Positions 1-11,301 of a DNA stretch of 47,999 nt are shown piece by piece. A program made the position numbers and the translations under genes. Each line of letters starts with the position of its first letter. Within the stretch, counting starts at the first letter, position 1. This stretch comes from Alphaproteobacteria bacterium (GTDB lineage: Bacteria; Pseudomonadota; Alphaproteobacteria; Futianiales; Futianiaceae), in contig JAJLJT010000095.1 of the NCBI GenBank assembly GCA_033844555.1, forward strand, positions 1 to 47,999. Direction: 5' to 3'. The notes beneath the pieces are model-generated. The model had not been told where the DNA came from. It worked only from the letters and a program-made list of their open reading frames with translations, and did not search any database.

Positions 1-43
1 TAGCGTGCCTGCCCTGTTATCCGCCATACCGGTAGCCCTGCCC

Positions 44-745
44 ATGTCCACGCCCGACACGCCCTGTCCCGACACGCCCGAAGCCCGCCTCGCCGGCATT
101 CGCGACCGGATTGCCGCCGCTGCGCGGGACGCAGGCCGTGACCCGGCAGAGGTGACGCTCGTCGCCGTGTCGAAGACCCACGGGCCCGATCGCATCGCTC
201 CGCTGATCGCGGCGGGCCAACGGACGTTCGGCGAGAACCGCGTGCAGGAAGCCGCGGCAAAGTGGCCGGACCTCAAGGCGGCAAACCCCGATGTCGAATT
301 GCACCTGATCGGACCGCTTCAGACCAACAAGGTCAAGGACGCGCTGGCGCTTTTCGACGTGATCGAAACGCTGGACCGCCCGAAACTGGCCTTCGCGCTG
401 GCCGACGGAATCGCGAAGGCCGGGGTGAAGGCTCCGCGCCTGTTCGTGCAGGTGAATACCGGCGAGGAGCCGCAGAAGGCCGGTGTCGCTCCCAGCGATC
501 TCGGCGGCTTTCTGCGCACAGTGCGCGAGGAGGCGGGCCTCGCGGTGGACGGGCTGATGTGTATTCCGCCGGTCGACGAGGAGCCCGCGCTGCACTTCGG
601 GCTGCTGACCAACCTCGCCCGCGACCACGGGCTGAAGGTGCTCAGCATGGGCATGAGCGCCGACTACGAGGTCGCTGTCCGGCTCGGCGCGACGCACGTG
701 CGCGTCGGAACCGCCCTGTTCGGGGCGCGCGAGGCCTACCGGTAG
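44..745 (+). CDS. yggS: YggS/PLPBP family pyridoxal phosphate homeostasis protein
   Basis: LVAVSKT (PLP lysine), FGENRVQE, HLIGPLQTNK, LSMGMSAD and VRVGTALFG motifs. ATG at 44 preferred over GTG at 5. Confidence 0.95.
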   Translation: MSTPDTPCPDTPEARLAGIRDRIAAAARDAGRDPAEVTLVAVSKTHGPDRIAPLIAAGQRTFGENRVQEAAAKWPDLKAANPDVELHLIGPLQTNKVKDALALFDVIETLDRPKLAFALADGIAKAGVKAPRLFVQVNTGEEPQKAGVAPSDLGGFLRTVREEAGLAVDGLMCIPPVDEEPALHFGLLTNLARDHGLKVLSMGMSADYEVAVRLGATHVRVGTALFGAREAYR

Positions 746-761
746 GCCTTGTCGGCGGATA

Positions 762-2009
762 TCAGCCCGCGAGGCTGTCGCCGCGCAGCAGTTTCGGCAG
801 ATCGCCCACGTCTCCGCCTGCATGACGCATGAAGAAGCGGCGCAGGGGCGCGACCTGGCCCGCCGCCCACAGGCCAGTATCGCGCACCAGCCGCACCGGC
901 CCGATGTCGTTGGAAAAGAGCCGGTTGAGCACGTCCGTCACGGCCGCGAGGCTGACCGTGTCGAAGCGCCGCCACTGGGCATACCGCTCCAGCGTGTCGA
1001 AGGCGCCCGGATCGAGGCCGAGACCGCGCGCTTGCGCCATCACCTCCGCCAGCGCCGCGACGTCGCGCAGCCCGAGGTTGAGGCCCTGACCGGCGATCGG
1101 GTGGATGCCGTGCGCCGCGTCCCCGACGAGGGCCACCCGCTCGGCGATCATGTCGGTCGCGATCTGCAGCGACAGCGGGTAGGACCAACGCGGTCCGACC
1201 GGTTCTACCGCCCCCAGATAGTCGCCGAAACGCGCCCGCAGCTCGGCCGCGAAGTCCTCCGCATCGAGCGCCAGCAGCGCGTCTGCAAGCTCCGTCCGCT
1301 CGGTCCAGACGAGCGAAGCGCGGTTGCCGGTCATGGGCAGGATGGCGAAGGGGCCGGACGGCAGGAAGAACTCCTGCGCGATGCCGTGATGCGGCTTCTC
1401 ATGCGCGACGGTCGTCACGATACCGGTCTGGCGGTAGGACCAGCCGATGGTGCGAATCCCCGCCATGGCGCGCAAGGGCGATTGACGCCCCTCGCACACC
1501 GCAAGCAGGCGGGCATGCACCTGGCGGCCGTCCGCCAGCGTGCCCGTCACGCCATCGGGCGTCGCGCTGTAGCCTGTCACCCGGCCGGGCGCGATCAGGG
1601 TGATCGCGGACACATCCCGCGCCGCGGCGAACAGGGCAAGGCGGATATGCCGGTTCTCGACCAGGTGGCCGAGCGGTTCCTTCCCGATCTCGCGATGGTC
1701 GAAGTGGAGGAAAAGGGGGGAAGCCCCGCCCCGCACCGTCCCGTCCGTCACCACGATATCGTTGATCGGCTGGGCATGCGGCGCCATGTGCTGCCAGACG
1801 CCGAGCGCCCGGTACATGCGGCAGACGGCATAGGCGAGCGCCGAGACCCGCCCGTCGAAACCGGCGTCGGTCACCGTCTCCGGCGACAGGGCATCGACGA
1901 CCGTGCAGCTGAGGCCCCCTTGCGCCAGAGCCAGGGCAAGGGAAAGACCGGCCATACCGCCGCCCGCGATGAGCACGTCCGTTTCGGTGGATGCAGGCTT
2001 GCGCGGCAT
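762..2009 (-). CDS. UbiH/UbiL/COQ6 family FAD-dependent ubiquinone biosynthesis hydroxylase
   Basis: N-terminal GGGMAG Rossmann motif and GDAAHGIHPIAGQGLNLGLRD motif. Start trimmed to MPRKP. Confidence 0.9.
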   Translation of the reverse strand: MPRKPASTETDVLIAGGGMAGLSLALALAQGGLSCTVVDALSPETVTDAGFDGRVSALAYAVCRMYRALGVWQHMAPHAQPINDIVVTDGTVRGGASPLFLHFDHREIGKEPLGHLVENRHIRLALFAAARDVSAITLIAPGRVTGYSATPDGVTGTLADGRQVHARLLAVCEGRQSPLRAMAGIRTIGWSYRQTGIVTTVAHEKPHHGIAQEFFLPSGPFAILPMTGNRASLVWTERTELADALLALDAEDFAAELRARFGDYLGAVEPVGPRWSYPLSLQIATDMIAERVALVGDAAHGIHPIAGQGLNLGLRDVAALAEVMAQARGLGLDPGAFDTLERYAQWRRFDTVSLAAVTDVLNRLFSNDIGPVRLVRDTGLWAAGQVAPLRRFFMRHAGGDVGDLPKLLRGDSLAG

Positions 2010-2088
2010 CGGGCGCCCGTTCGATTGCCTTGACTGTTCCTGCTGGCATAGCGTGAGACGAACACGGGAACAAGCGACGGAGCGACGC

Positions 2089-3450
2089 ATGGAGGGGGTG
2101 GTGAGGGAGAGGTCGGCGCGCGAACTGGGCGCGGCGATTGCCGCAGGCCGGGTCGATGCCCGGGAACTGACCGCGGCGTTGCTCGACCATATCGCGGCGG
2201 TTGACGGCGACCGCGCCGTCTATCTCGTGCGGACCGAGGAACGCGCGATGCGCGAGGCCGCCGCCGCCCACGACCGGGCCCGGCGGGGCATGACCGCCTC
2301 GCCACTGGACGGCGTACCGGTGTCCTGGAAGGACCTCTACGACACGGCAGGCATCACCACGTCGCACGGGTCCGCGCTGCTGCGCGACCGGGTGCCCGAG
2401 CACGACTGCCCGCTGGTCGCGCGCGGCGTGCGCGCCGGGTGGGTCATGCCCGGCAAGACCAACCAGTCCGAGTTTGCCTTCTCCGGCCTCGGCCTCAACC
2501 CGACCTTCGGTACGCCCGCGAACCCGTACTCGGGCGCCGAGCCCCTGGCGCCGGGGGGGTCGTCGTCCGGTGCCGCCGTCTCCGTGGCGGCGGGACTCGC
2601 GGCGATCGCCATGGGGTCGGACACCGGTGGTTCGGTGCGCGTGCCGGCCGCGTGGTGTGGCGTGACCGGCCTCAAGACCACCTGGAACACGCTGCCGATG
2701 GACGGGGTGTTGCCGCTCGCGCCGTCGCTGGACACGGCGGGCCCGCTTGCCCGCGACGTGGCCGACGCCGCGCTCGCCTGGGCAACGCTCGCGCGAAGGC
2801 CTGCCCCCGATCTGGCGGGCGCCTCCATGAAGGGCGTGCGCCTGCTCGTCCCCCGCACCCTCGTCTGGGACGATTGCGAATTGGGCATCGACCGGGTCGT
2901 GCGCGAGGCGCTGGACCGGCTCGCGAAGGCCGGGGCGACGCTGGTGGAGGCCGACGTCCCGGAGTTTGCCGAGTCCGACCGTATCATCGCACGCGGGCCC
3001 TACCTGCCGAGCGCGGAGGGGTATGCCGTCTGGGGCGACCTTGTGGAATCCGCGCCCGAGCGGGTGTTCTCCCAGATCGTGGAGCGTTTCCGCCTCGGTG
3101 CGAAGGCCTCGCCCATCGACCTGGCGAAGCTGATCCTGGAGGGCCGCCGCCTGCAGGCGTCCTATGTGGCGCGTACGGCAGGGTTCGACGCGGCGGTGAT
3201 GCCGACGGTTCCGATTTCTGCGCCGCCGGTCGCGCGGCTTCTGGCAGACGAGCCCTACTATATCGAACGGAACCTGAAGGCGCTGTCGAACACGCGCTAT
3301 GGGAACTACCTCGGACTCTCCGGTCTGACGGTGCCATGTGGAACCGATGACACGGGGGTTCCCGTGGGCCTGATGCTGCTTGGCGCGCCGCATGCCGAGG
3401 CGCGGCTGCTGCGCCTGGGCGCCGGGGTGGAGCGCGCTCTGGGCGCGTGA
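2089..3450 (+). CDS. Amidase signature family protein
   Basis: SPLDGVPVSWKDL, GGSSSG and GSDTGGSVRVPA give the Lys-cisSer-Ser triad. Substrate unknown. Confidence 0.9.
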   Translation: MEGVVRERSARELGAAIAAGRVDARELTAALLDHIAAVDGDRAVYLVRTEERAMREAAAAHDRARRGMTASPLDGVPVSWKDLYDTAGITTSHGSALLRDRVPEHDCPLVARGVRAGWVMPGKTNQSEFAFSGLGLNPTFGTPANPYSGAEPLAPGGSSSGAAVSVAAGLAAIAMGSDTGGSVRVPAAWCGVTGLKTTWNTLPMDGVLPLAPSLDTAGPLARDVADAALAWATLARRPAPDLAGASMKGVRLLVPRTLVWDDCELGIDRVVREALDRLAKAGATLVEADVPEFAESDRIIARGPYLPSAEGYAVWGDLVESAPERVFSQIVERFRLGAKASPIDLAKLILEGRRLQASYVARTAGFDAAVMPTVPISAPPVARLLADEPYYIERNLKALSNTRYGNYLGLSGLTVPCGTDDTGVPVGLMLLGAPHAEARLLRLGAGVERALGA

Positions 3451-3459
3451 TATCCGGAT

Positions 3460-3516
3460 TGCATAAAAAATAGACAGTATGGGGGCGGGCCGAGGGGCCT
3501 GCCCTTTTTTTATGCG
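3460..3516. promoter_or_regulatory. Two NtrC-like binding sites upstream of glnK
   Basis: TGCATAAAAAATAGACA (3460-3476) and TGCCCTTTTTTTATGCG (3500-3516) resemble the 17-bp TGC-N11-GCA box with an A/T-rich core, ~85-140 bp upstream of a sigma54-like motif. Confidence 0.65.
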
Positions 3517-3570
3517 GAAATTGTCCGAGATTCCGTGCGCATCGATTCGTGGTCTCTAATTATGATTTAA

Positions 3571-4068
<498 letters not shown>

Positions 4069-4088
4069 CGTTCTCAGGAGATCATCTC

Positions 4089-5420
4089 ATGAAAAAGACC
4101 ATTCAACTCGCCGGCCTGACTGCTGCCGCGCTCCTGGTGCCGGCGGCGGCGCATGCCCAGGATGCGGGCGTGTCGCAGGAAACCGTCTACATCTTCAACA
4201 CGCTCCTGTTCCTCATCGGCGGCTTTCTCGTCATGTGGATGGCGGCAGGCTTCGCCATGCTCGAGGCGGGCCTTGTGCGGTCCAAGAACGTGGCCATGCA
4301 GTGCACGAAGAACATCGCGCTCTTCTCCTTCGCCGGCCTGATGTATTTCCTCATCGGCTACAACCTCATGTATCCGGGCGATGGATGGAGCGTGGCGGGC
4401 TGGCTCGGCGCGTTCGGCCTCACCTCGCTGCCGCAGCCGGCGCCGGACGCCACGATGGAGGACATCACCTACGCCTCGGTCGGCTCGGACTTCTTCTTCC
4501 AGCTGATGTTCTGCGCGACGACGGCGTCGATCGTGTCGGGCACGCTGGCCGAGCGCATCAAGCTGTGGCCCTTCCTCGTGTTCACCATCGTGCTGACCGG
4601 CCTCATCTATCCGATCCAGGGTTCCTGGAAGTGGGGCGGCGGCTGGCTCGACGAACTGGGCTTCAACGACTTCGCCGGCTCGACCATCGTCCACTCGGTG
4701 GGCGGCTGGGCGGCGCTCGCCGGTGCGCTTCTGCTCGGCGCGCGTCACGGCAAGTATGACAAGGAGGGCCGCGTGAACCCGATGCCGGGCTCCTCGCTGC
4801 CGCTCGCGACGCTGGGTACGTTCATCCTGTGGCTGGGGTGGTTCGGCTTCAACGGCGCGTCGCAGCTCGCGATGGGCTCCCTCGCCGACGCTTCCGACGT
4901 GAGCCGCATCTTCGCCAATACCAACATCGCCGCTGCGGCGGGTGCGGTCGCGGCGCTCATCATGACGCAGATCATGTTCGGCAAGATCGATCTGACCATG
5001 GTGCTGAACGGCGCGCTGGCGGGTCTCGTCTCGATCACGGCAGAGCCGCTGACGCCCTCGCTCTTCATGTCGGTGGTGATCGGCGCAATCGGCGGCATCA
5101 TCGTCGTGGTTGCCGTCCCGATGCTCGACAAGCTCAAGATCGACGACGTGGTCGGTGCCATTCCGGTCCACCTGATCTGCGGCATCTGGGGTACGCTGGC
5201 GGTTCCGCTGACGAACTCCGACGCGAGCTTCGGCGCGCAGATCACCGGCATCGTCGCCATCGGCGCGTTTGTCCTGGTCGTGAGCTTCGTGCTCTGGGCG
5301 ATCCTGAAGGCAACCATGGGCATCCGCGCTTCGGAGGAGGCCGAGCGGATCGGCCTCGACCGCGCGGAGCTTGGCATGGAAGCCTATCCGGAGTTCGGCA
5401 AGGGCTCCCAGATCGCCTGA
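4089..5420 (+). CDS. amtB: Ammonium transporter AmtB
   Basis: Signal peptide, GFAMLEAG, DFAGSTIVH, WLGWFGFN and DDVVGAIPVH (twin His). Confidence 0.97.
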   Translation: MKKTIQLAGLTAAALLVPAAAHAQDAGVSQETVYIFNTLLFLIGGFLVMWMAAGFAMLEAGLVRSKNVAMQCTKNIALFSFAGLMYFLIGYNLMYPGDGWSVAGWLGAFGLTSLPQPAPDATMEDITYASVGSDFFFQLMFCATTASIVSGTLAERIKLWPFLVFTIVLTGLIYPIQGSWKWGGGWLDELGFNDFAGSTIVHSVGGWAALAGALLLGARHGKYDKEGRVNPMPGSSLPLATLGTFILWLGWFGFNGASQLAMGSLADASDVSRIFANTNIAAAAGAVAALIMTQIMFGKIDLTMVLNGALAGLVSITAEPLTPSLFMSVVIGAIGGIIVVVAVPMLDKLKIDDVVGAIPVHLICGIWGTLAVPLTNSDASFGAQITGIVAIGAFVLVVSFVLWAILKATMGIRASEEAERIGLDRAELGMEAYPEFGKGSQIA

Positions 5421-5483
5421 TCGTTCCCGGCCGGTCCCGTCCGCCTCCACCGCGTTCCGGAGGCGGGCGGGCCCCGCGCACCT

Positions 5484-5517
5484 GGCCCGGGCGGCTCGCT
5501 GCCCGGGCCTTTTCTTT
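5484..5517 (+). terminator. Rho-independent terminator after amtB
   Basis: Hairpin GGCCCGGGCGG-CTCG-CTGCCCGGGCC followed by TTTTCTTT. A second GC hairpin lies at about 5436-5471. Confidence 0.8.
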
Positions 5518-5627
5518 GACCGGACTTATCCCCGTGCACCGGCGCGGGGTTATATGTTTTGGAACCTCGCGCCGGGCGCGGGTACCATCGCATCCACCGA
5601 ATCGGTTGCAGAGAGCTTGGACGGAGC

Positions 5628-8096
5628 ATGGCTCGGACACGGCGCATGAGCGACAGCGGGCGGCGGGGCGCGCGCACGGACGAAGGAATGCGCGCCTTCC
5701 TGCGCCGCCGGGCAGGGGAGGGGGCCGGCCTCCTGCTCATCCTGCTCGCGGTTTTCGTGGCCCTTGCGCTTGCGAGCTACGATCCTGCCGATCCGTCTCC
5801 CACCCATGCCGGCCCCGGACCCGTCTCGAACCTGGCGGGAACGACCGGTGCCTATGCCGCCGACCTGCTGCTTCAGACCCTCGGTCTTGCCGCGCTCGCG
5901 GTCGCGCTCAGCCTTGTGGTGTGGGGCGTGCGCCTGTTGACGCACGTCCGGACGCGGTTCGAGGCGCTGCGCGTCGCGGCCTGGCCGCTGGGTGTCCTCG
6001 GCCTTGCGGCGGCGTTTGCCTTTCTGCCCGCCCCTGACGCCTGGCCGATCCGGACCGGCCTCGGCGGGCACATCGGGGCGCTTCTGGCGCACGGTCTCGA
6101 CACGGTCCTGTCCGGCTGGGTGCCGGCCCTGCCGCTGGCGCTGGTCCGCCTTGCCCTGGCACTGGCTGCCGTCGCGGTGCTGCTGCTGACACTCGGCCTG
6201 CAGCCGGTGGCGATCGCACGCAGCATGTGGAGCGCGGGCCGCGGCGGCTGGCGGTCGCTACGCACGGCGGGCGATCTTGCGGCCGATGCCTCGGCGCGCC
6301 TCGGGGATGCTGCGCGGGCCGCAGGTCGCCTGCTGCCGCGGCGGCGCGGCCTGGACGGCGACGAAGAGATCGTGCGGCCAGCCCGCGCACCGGTTCTCGG
6401 TCCGGCGCGGCTGCCCGACGATCTCGACGAGGACGACGGGGAGGACTTCGGTCCTGCGCCAGTCAGCCGGGCGGAACGCAAGCCCGCACGGGACAAGGAA
6501 AAGCCGGCCCGAAAGGCGGCGCGGAAGGGTAGTGCGTCCGCCGAACAGCGGCTGCTGGCCCTCGATGGCGGATCGCCCTATGCGCTGCCCTCGCTCAATT
6601 TCCTCGCCGCGCCCGGGGCGGTGGAGAACGACCCCGCGCTGTCGCCCGCTTCGCTGCAGGAAAACGCCCGCCTGCTCGAGGGCGTACTCGACGATTTCGG
6701 CGTGAAGGGCGACATCATCGGCGCCAAGCCCGGCCCGGTCGTCACCCTGTACGAGCTTGAGCCCGCGCCGGGGCTGAAATCCTCGCGCGTGATCAATCTG
6801 GCCGACGATATTGCCCGCTCGATGAGCGCGATCTCTGCCCGCGTCGCTGTCATTCCTGGGCGCAACGCCATCGGCGTGGAACTGCCGAACCGGCGGCGCC
6901 AGACCGTCTACCTGCGCGAGTTGCTGGCCTCGCGCGAGTACGAGCAGGCCTCCTTCAAGCTTGCGCTGGCGCTGGGAAAGACCATCGGCGGCGAATCGGT
7001 CATCGCCGACCTCGCGCGCATGCCGCACCTTCTGGTCGCGGGCACGACCGGCTCGGGCAAGTCTGTCGCGATCAACACCATGGTGCTGTCGCTGCTCTAC
7101 CGGCTGCCGCCAGACCAGGTGAAGCTGATCATGATCGACCCGAAGATGCTGGAACTGTCCGTCTACGACGGCATCCCGCACCTGCTTGCGCCGGTCGTGA
7201 CGGATCCGAAGAAGGCGGTGGTCGCGCTGAAGTGGGTGGTCCGCGAGATGGAGGACCGCTACCGCAAGATGTCCAAGCTCGGCGTCCGCAATATTGCCGG
7301 GTACAACCAGCGCATGGGGGAGCTGGAGGCGCGCGGCGAGACGCTGACCCGCGAGATCCAGACCGGCTTCGACCCCGATACGGGCCGTCCGACCTACGAG
7401 GAGGAGGAGATCGCGCCTGAGAAGATGCCGTTCATCGTCGTCATCGTCGACGAGATGGCCGACCTCATGATGGTCGCGGGCAAGGATGTCGAAGGTTCGA
7501 TCCAGCGGCTCGCGCAGATGGCGCGCGCGGCCGGCATTCACCTCGTCATGGCGACGCAACGGCCGTCTGTGGATGTCATCACCGGCACGATCAAGGCGAA
7601 CTTCCCGACCCGTATCTCCTTCCAGGTCACCTCGAAGATCGACAGCCGCACCATCCTCGGCGAGCAGGGGGCCGAGCAATTGCTGGGCCAGGGCGACATG
7701 CTCTACATGGAGGGCGGCGGCCGCATCCGCCGCGTGCACGGTCCCTTCGTGTCCGATGCCGAGGTGGAGGAGGTCGTCGCCTGGCTGAAGTCCCAGGGCT
7801 CGCCCGACTATCTCGATGCGGTGACCGAGGACGACGAGGATGGAGGCGGCGCGTCCGCGGGCGGGTTCGACGATGGCGACGGGGGCGGCAGCGGCAACGA
7901 CCCGCTGTTCGACCAGGCTGTCGCGATCGTCGCCGCCGACCGCAAGGCCTCGACCAGCTATCTCCAGCGCCGCCTTCAGATCGGCTACAACCGCGCTGCC
8001 CGGATCGTCGAGGAGATGGAGGAGCAGGGCATCATCGGCCGCCCGAATCATGTAGGCCGGCGCGAGATCCTTGTCCGCAATCCCAACGAGGACTGA
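5628..8096 (+). CDS. ftsK: DNA translocase FtsK
   Basis: N-terminal TM domain, [44 protein letters not shown] and a C-terminal gamma domain ([15 protein letters not shown]). Confidence 0.97.
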   Translation: MARTRRMSDSGRRGARTDEGMRAFLRRRAGEGAGLLLILLAVFVALALASYDPADPSPTHAGPGPVSNLAGTTGAYAADLLLQTLGLAALAVALSLVVWGVRLLTHVRTRFEALRVAAWPLGVLGLAAAFAFLPAPDAWPIRTGLGGHIGALLAHGLDTVLSGWVPALPLALVRLALALAAVAVLLLTLGLQPVAIARSMWSAGRGGWRSLRTAGDLAADASARLGDAARAAGRLLPRRRGLDGDEEIVRPARAPVLGPARLPDDLDEDDGEDFGPAPVSRAERKPARDKEKPARKAARKGSASAEQRLLALDGGSPYALPSLNFLAAPGAVENDPALSPASLQENARLLEGVLDDFGVKGDIIGAKPGPVVTLYELEPAPGLKSSRVINLADDIARSMSAISARVAVIPGRNAIGVELPNRRRQTVYLRELLASREYEQASFKLALALGKTIGGESVIADLARMPHLLVAGTTGSGKSVAINTMVLSLLYRLPPDQVKLIMIDPKMLELSVYDGIPHLLAPVVTDPKKAVVALKWVVREMEDRYRKMSKLGVRNIAGYNQRMGELEARGETLTREIQTGFDPDTGRPTYEEEEIAPEKMPFIVVIVDEMADLMMVAGKDVEGSIQRLAQMARAAGIHLVMATQRPSVDVITGTIKANFPTRISFQVTSKIDSRTILGEQGAEQLLGQGDMLYMEGGGRIRRVHGPFVSDAEVEEVVAWLKSQGSPDYLDAVTEDDEDGGGASAGGFDDGDGGGSGNDPLFDQAVAIVAADRKASTSYLQRRLQIGYNRAARIVEEMEEQGIIGRPNHVGRREILVRNPNED

Positions 8097-8123
8097 TCCG
8101 GCACCGACGGAGCCGATTGGCGT

Positions 8124-8149
8124 GGAACGTTTCAACGGGGGCGGGCATT
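8124..8149 (+). promoter_or_regulatory. Possible EcfG/sigmaT-type promoter upstream of lolA
   Basis: GGAAC-N17-CATT about 40 nt upstream of the ATG. Confidence 0.4.
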
Positions 8150-8189
8150 GTCCCGATGCCGCCGCATTCAGTGTCTAGGGATCTGCGTC

Positions 8190-8828
8190 ATGAGCATTCG
8201 AAACGCCCTCGCTGCAACGTTCGCCGCCGCCGCCGCCATGCTCGCCCTGCTCGTGGCGGGGCCGCCGGCCCATTCGGCCAATCTCGATGCGGGCGATGTC
8301 CGCGCCCTCGACCGGATCAGCGCATGGCTGAACGACAACGACCGGCTGCAGGCAGCCTTCGTCCAGATCAATCCCGACGGCACCATTGTCGACGGCACCG
8401 TCTATATGTGGCGGCCGGGACGGATGCGGTTCGAGTATCGTCCGCCGACCCCGATCCGGGTCATCTCCGACGGCACCTGGGTCGTGCTGGAGGACATGGA
8501 GCTCGACACGAAGGATCGGTATCCGCTGTCGGCGACGCCGCTTTCGCTCTTGCTGGCGGAGGAGGTCGACCTCAAGGAGACCGCGTTGATCGAGGATGTG
8601 ACGCGCGCCGACGGCACGATCCGCGTGTCCGCACGCGATCGGGACAATCCCGACCAGGGCAGCATCGTGCTCGTCTTCAACGAGGAACCTCTCGCCCTGC
8701 GGCAGTGGATCATCACAGACACGCAAGGCCAGCGCACGACGGTGGCGCTCAAGGATGTGCGCACCGGCGTGCGCCTCGATCCCCGCCTGTTCGTGGCCAA
8801 CGACCCGCTTCCGCAGGGGCCGCGCTGA
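8190..8828 (+). CDS. lolA: Outer-membrane lipoprotein carrier LolA family protein
   Basis: Signal peptide, FVQ, RPGRMRFEY and YPLSATPL. Follows ftsK. Confidence 0.9.
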   Translation: MSIRNALAATFAAAAAMLALLVAGPPAHSANLDAGDVRALDRISAWLNDNDRLQAAFVQINPDGTIVDGTVYMWRPGRMRFEYRPPTPIRVISDGTWVVLEDMELDTKDRYPLSATPLSLLLAEEVDLKETALIEDVTRADGTIRVSARDRDNPDQGSIVLVFNEEPLALRQWIITDTQGQRTTVALKDVRTGVRLDPRLFVANDPLPQGPR

Positions 8829-8966
8829 GCGGACGCCCACCTGCGCTCCGCTCTCCGCTTGTGAGGCCCGTGCCGGCGTGCTAGCGATCTCGTCAGGCGC
8901 TCAACAGGGAGCAGGAACGGGTCGCGTGCACGGTTGTCTGCGCACGGGCGCCCGGCTGACCGGAAC

Positions 8967-10343
8967 ATGACAGATGCGGCCCCCAGCCCGCAGGATACCC
9001 GCGACCGCCTGGCGGCCTGGCTTGCCGAGCGGCAGGTCAGCGAGGTGGAGTGCATCGTCGCCGACATGAACGGCCTTGCGCGCGGCAAGATCCTGCCGAC
9101 CAAGAAGTTTCTCGATACCTTCGACGAGCGTTCGCTGCGGCTGCCGGAATCGATCTTCCTGCAGACGGTCACGGGCGACATGATCGATTCGGAGGTGCTG
9201 TCGGAAACGGAACCGGATGTGGTTCTGCTGCCCGATGCCGATACGATCCGGCTCGTGCCCTGGTACGACGAGCCGACGGCGCAGATCATCTGCGACGCTG
9301 TCTACAAGGACGGCGGACCCGTCACCGTGGCGCCGCGACAGGTCCTGAAGCGGATCCTGGCGCTCTACGCACAACGGGGCTGGCAACCCATCGTGGCGCC
9401 GGAGGTCGAGTTCTACCTCTGTCAGAAGAACGTCGATCCCGACTACCCGCTGGTTCCGCCGATCGGCAAGTCCGGGCGGCAGGAGAACGCGCGCCAGCCC
9501 TACGGCATCGACGCCGTCAACGAGTTCGATCCCCTGTTCGAGGACGTCTACGACTATTGCGAGGAGCAGGCGATCGACATCGATACGCTGATCCACGAGG
9601 CGGGCGCCGCCCAATGCGAGATCAACTTCAACCACGGCGAGCCGCTGAGCCTCGCGGACCAGACCTTCCTGTTCAAGCGGACCGTGCGTCAGGCTGCCCT
9701 GCGCCATGACGTCTACGCGACCTTCATGGCCAAGCCCTACCAGGGCGAACCCGGTAGCGCCATGCACATCCACCAGTCGATTCTCGATGTTGAGACGGGC
9801 CGTAACCTGTTCTCGACGCCGGCTGGGAAGGACACCGCGCTGTTCAAGAACTATGTCGGCGGCCTGCAGAAGTATCTGCCCGGGGCGATGCCGCTGATCG
9901 CGCCGAACGTGAACTCCTATCGGCGGCTGATCCGTGACCTTTCTGCGCCCGTGAATACGCATTGGGGGCGGGAGAACCGCACTGTCGGCCTGCGCGTGCC
10001 CGATTCGCGGCCTGCGAACCGCCGCGTCGAGAACCGTGTGCCCGGGGCCGACGCCAATCCCTACCTTGCCATCGCGGCGACGCTCGCCTGCGGCTATCTC
10101 GGGATGCGCAAGCGGCTGAAGCCCACGCCCGAGATGACGAAGAGCGCCTATCTTTCGCAGCGTTATGCGCTGCCCCGCCACATCCTGGACGCGCTTCAGA
10201 AGCTGAAGTCCGCCACCGAACTGCGCGAGGTGCTGGGGCCCGACTTCGTGCAGGTCTATCTCGAGGTGAAGCTCGAGGAGCATCATGCCTATCAGCAGGT
10301 CATCTCCGCCTGGGAGCGGGAGCACCTGTTGCTCAACGTCTAG
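8967..10343 (+). CDS. Glutamine synthetase-like gamma-glutamyl-amine ligase (PuuA/SpuB-like)
   Basis: DMNGLARGK, APEVEFY, HEAGAAQCEINF, FMAKP, GSAMHIHQS, NRT and ENRVPGADANPY motifs. Confidence 0.88.
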   Translation: MTDAAPSPQDTRDRLAAWLAERQVSEVECIVADMNGLARGKILPTKKFLDTFDERSLRLPESIFLQTVTGDMIDSEVLSETEPDVVLLPDADTIRLVPWYDEPTAQIICDAVYKDGGPVTVAPRQVLKRILALYAQRGWQPIVAPEVEFYLCQKNVDPDYPLVPPIGKSGRQENARQPYGIDAVNEFDPLFEDVYDYCEEQAIDIDTLIHEAGAAQCEINFNHGEPLSLADQTFLFKRTVRQAALRHDVYATFMAKPYQGEPGSAMHIHQSILDVETGRNLFSTPAGKDTALFKNYVGGLQKYLPGAMPLIAPNVNSYRRLIRDLSAPVNTHWGRENRTVGLRVPDSRPANRRVENRVPGADANPYLAIAATLACGYLGMRKRLKPTPEMTKSAYLSQRYALPRHILDALQKLKSATELREVLGPDFVQVYLEVKLEEHHAYQQVISAWEREHLLLNV

Positions 10344-10397
10344 GCATGGGCGCCTGCGCCGGTCCGATGGTCCTTCCGCAAGGGTAATCCCGCGGCC

Positions 10398-11165
10398 CTA
10401 CCGGCCCTGGAACACGGGCTTGCGCTTCTCGGCCTGCGCCGCAAGGCCTTCCCTGAGGTCCGCGCTCGCCCAACAGGTGGCGACGCGTTCATCTGCCGCC
10501 GCGCGGTCCAGTGTGCCCGCTCCGATCTCGTTCAGCGTCCGCTTCATGCCCGCGACCGCAAGCGGGGCGAGTGCGGCGATCTCCCGCGCCATCTCGTCTG
10601 CCCTATCGAGCAGCGTGTCGGCGGGATCGGCCACCGCGTCGAGAAAGCCCACCCCGCACAAGGCCGCCGCGCCCTTCAACGTCTCGGCCCGCAGGAACAG
10701 GCGCTTGGCCGTCTGCAGGCCGAGGCGCGACGCGACCCGACCCAGGCCCTCCGGCGCATAATGGATGCCGAGCGCCGCTGGCGGCACGCGCAAGGCCATC
10801 TCCGGCACACCGATGCGGAAGTCGCAGGCGAGGGCAATTTCCACGGCCCCGCCATAGACCCCGCCGTTGAGCGCGGCCACGACCGGCTGGGGAATTTGCT
10901 CGATCGTGTCGCACAATGCGGTCAGCGGGTTCTCGGTCCAGTCCGATCCCGCAACGTCGCCCAGCGATACCCCCGCCGAGAAGACCGTGCCCGTGCCGGT
11001 CAGCACGACGGCGCGCGTCTGGCCGTCCTTGGCGATCCCGGTCAGTGCCGCGCTCAGGGCGGCGATGTCCGTTCGCGTGAGCGCGTTCCGCCGGTCCGGT
11101 GCGGCAAGCGTGATCCGTGCGACGGGTCCGCCTGCGTCCACCTCGATGGCTGCCGATCGGTTCAT
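10398..11165 (-). CDS. Enoyl-CoA hydratase/isomerase (crotonase) family protein
   Basis: FSAGVSL, VAALNGGVYGGAVEIALACD and the C-terminal EKRKPVFQGR. Confidence 0.88.
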   Translation of the reverse strand: MNRSAAIEVDAGGPVARITLAAPDRRNALTRTDIAALSAALTGIAKDGQTRAVVLTGTGTVFSAGVSLGDVAGSDWTENPLTALCDTIEQIPQPVVAALNGGVYGGAVEIALACDFRIGVPEMALRVPPAALGIHYAPEGLGRVASRLGLQTAKRLFLRAETLKGAAALCGVGFLDAVADPADTLLDRADEMAREIAALAPLAVAGMKRTLNEIGAGTLDRAAADERVATCWASADLREGLAAQAEKRKPVFQGR

Positions 11166-11301
11166 GGGTCGTTGCCCCTTCCTGTGTCCGTGCCGTCCTG
11201 TCGGCCGCGTTGCATCCCTGCGGCCGTGAATGGGCAAGAGTTGCGGGAGCGCGCCGGTTCCTTTCTTATGCCTCATGCTCACCGCCCGTACGAGGCCGCA
11301 C

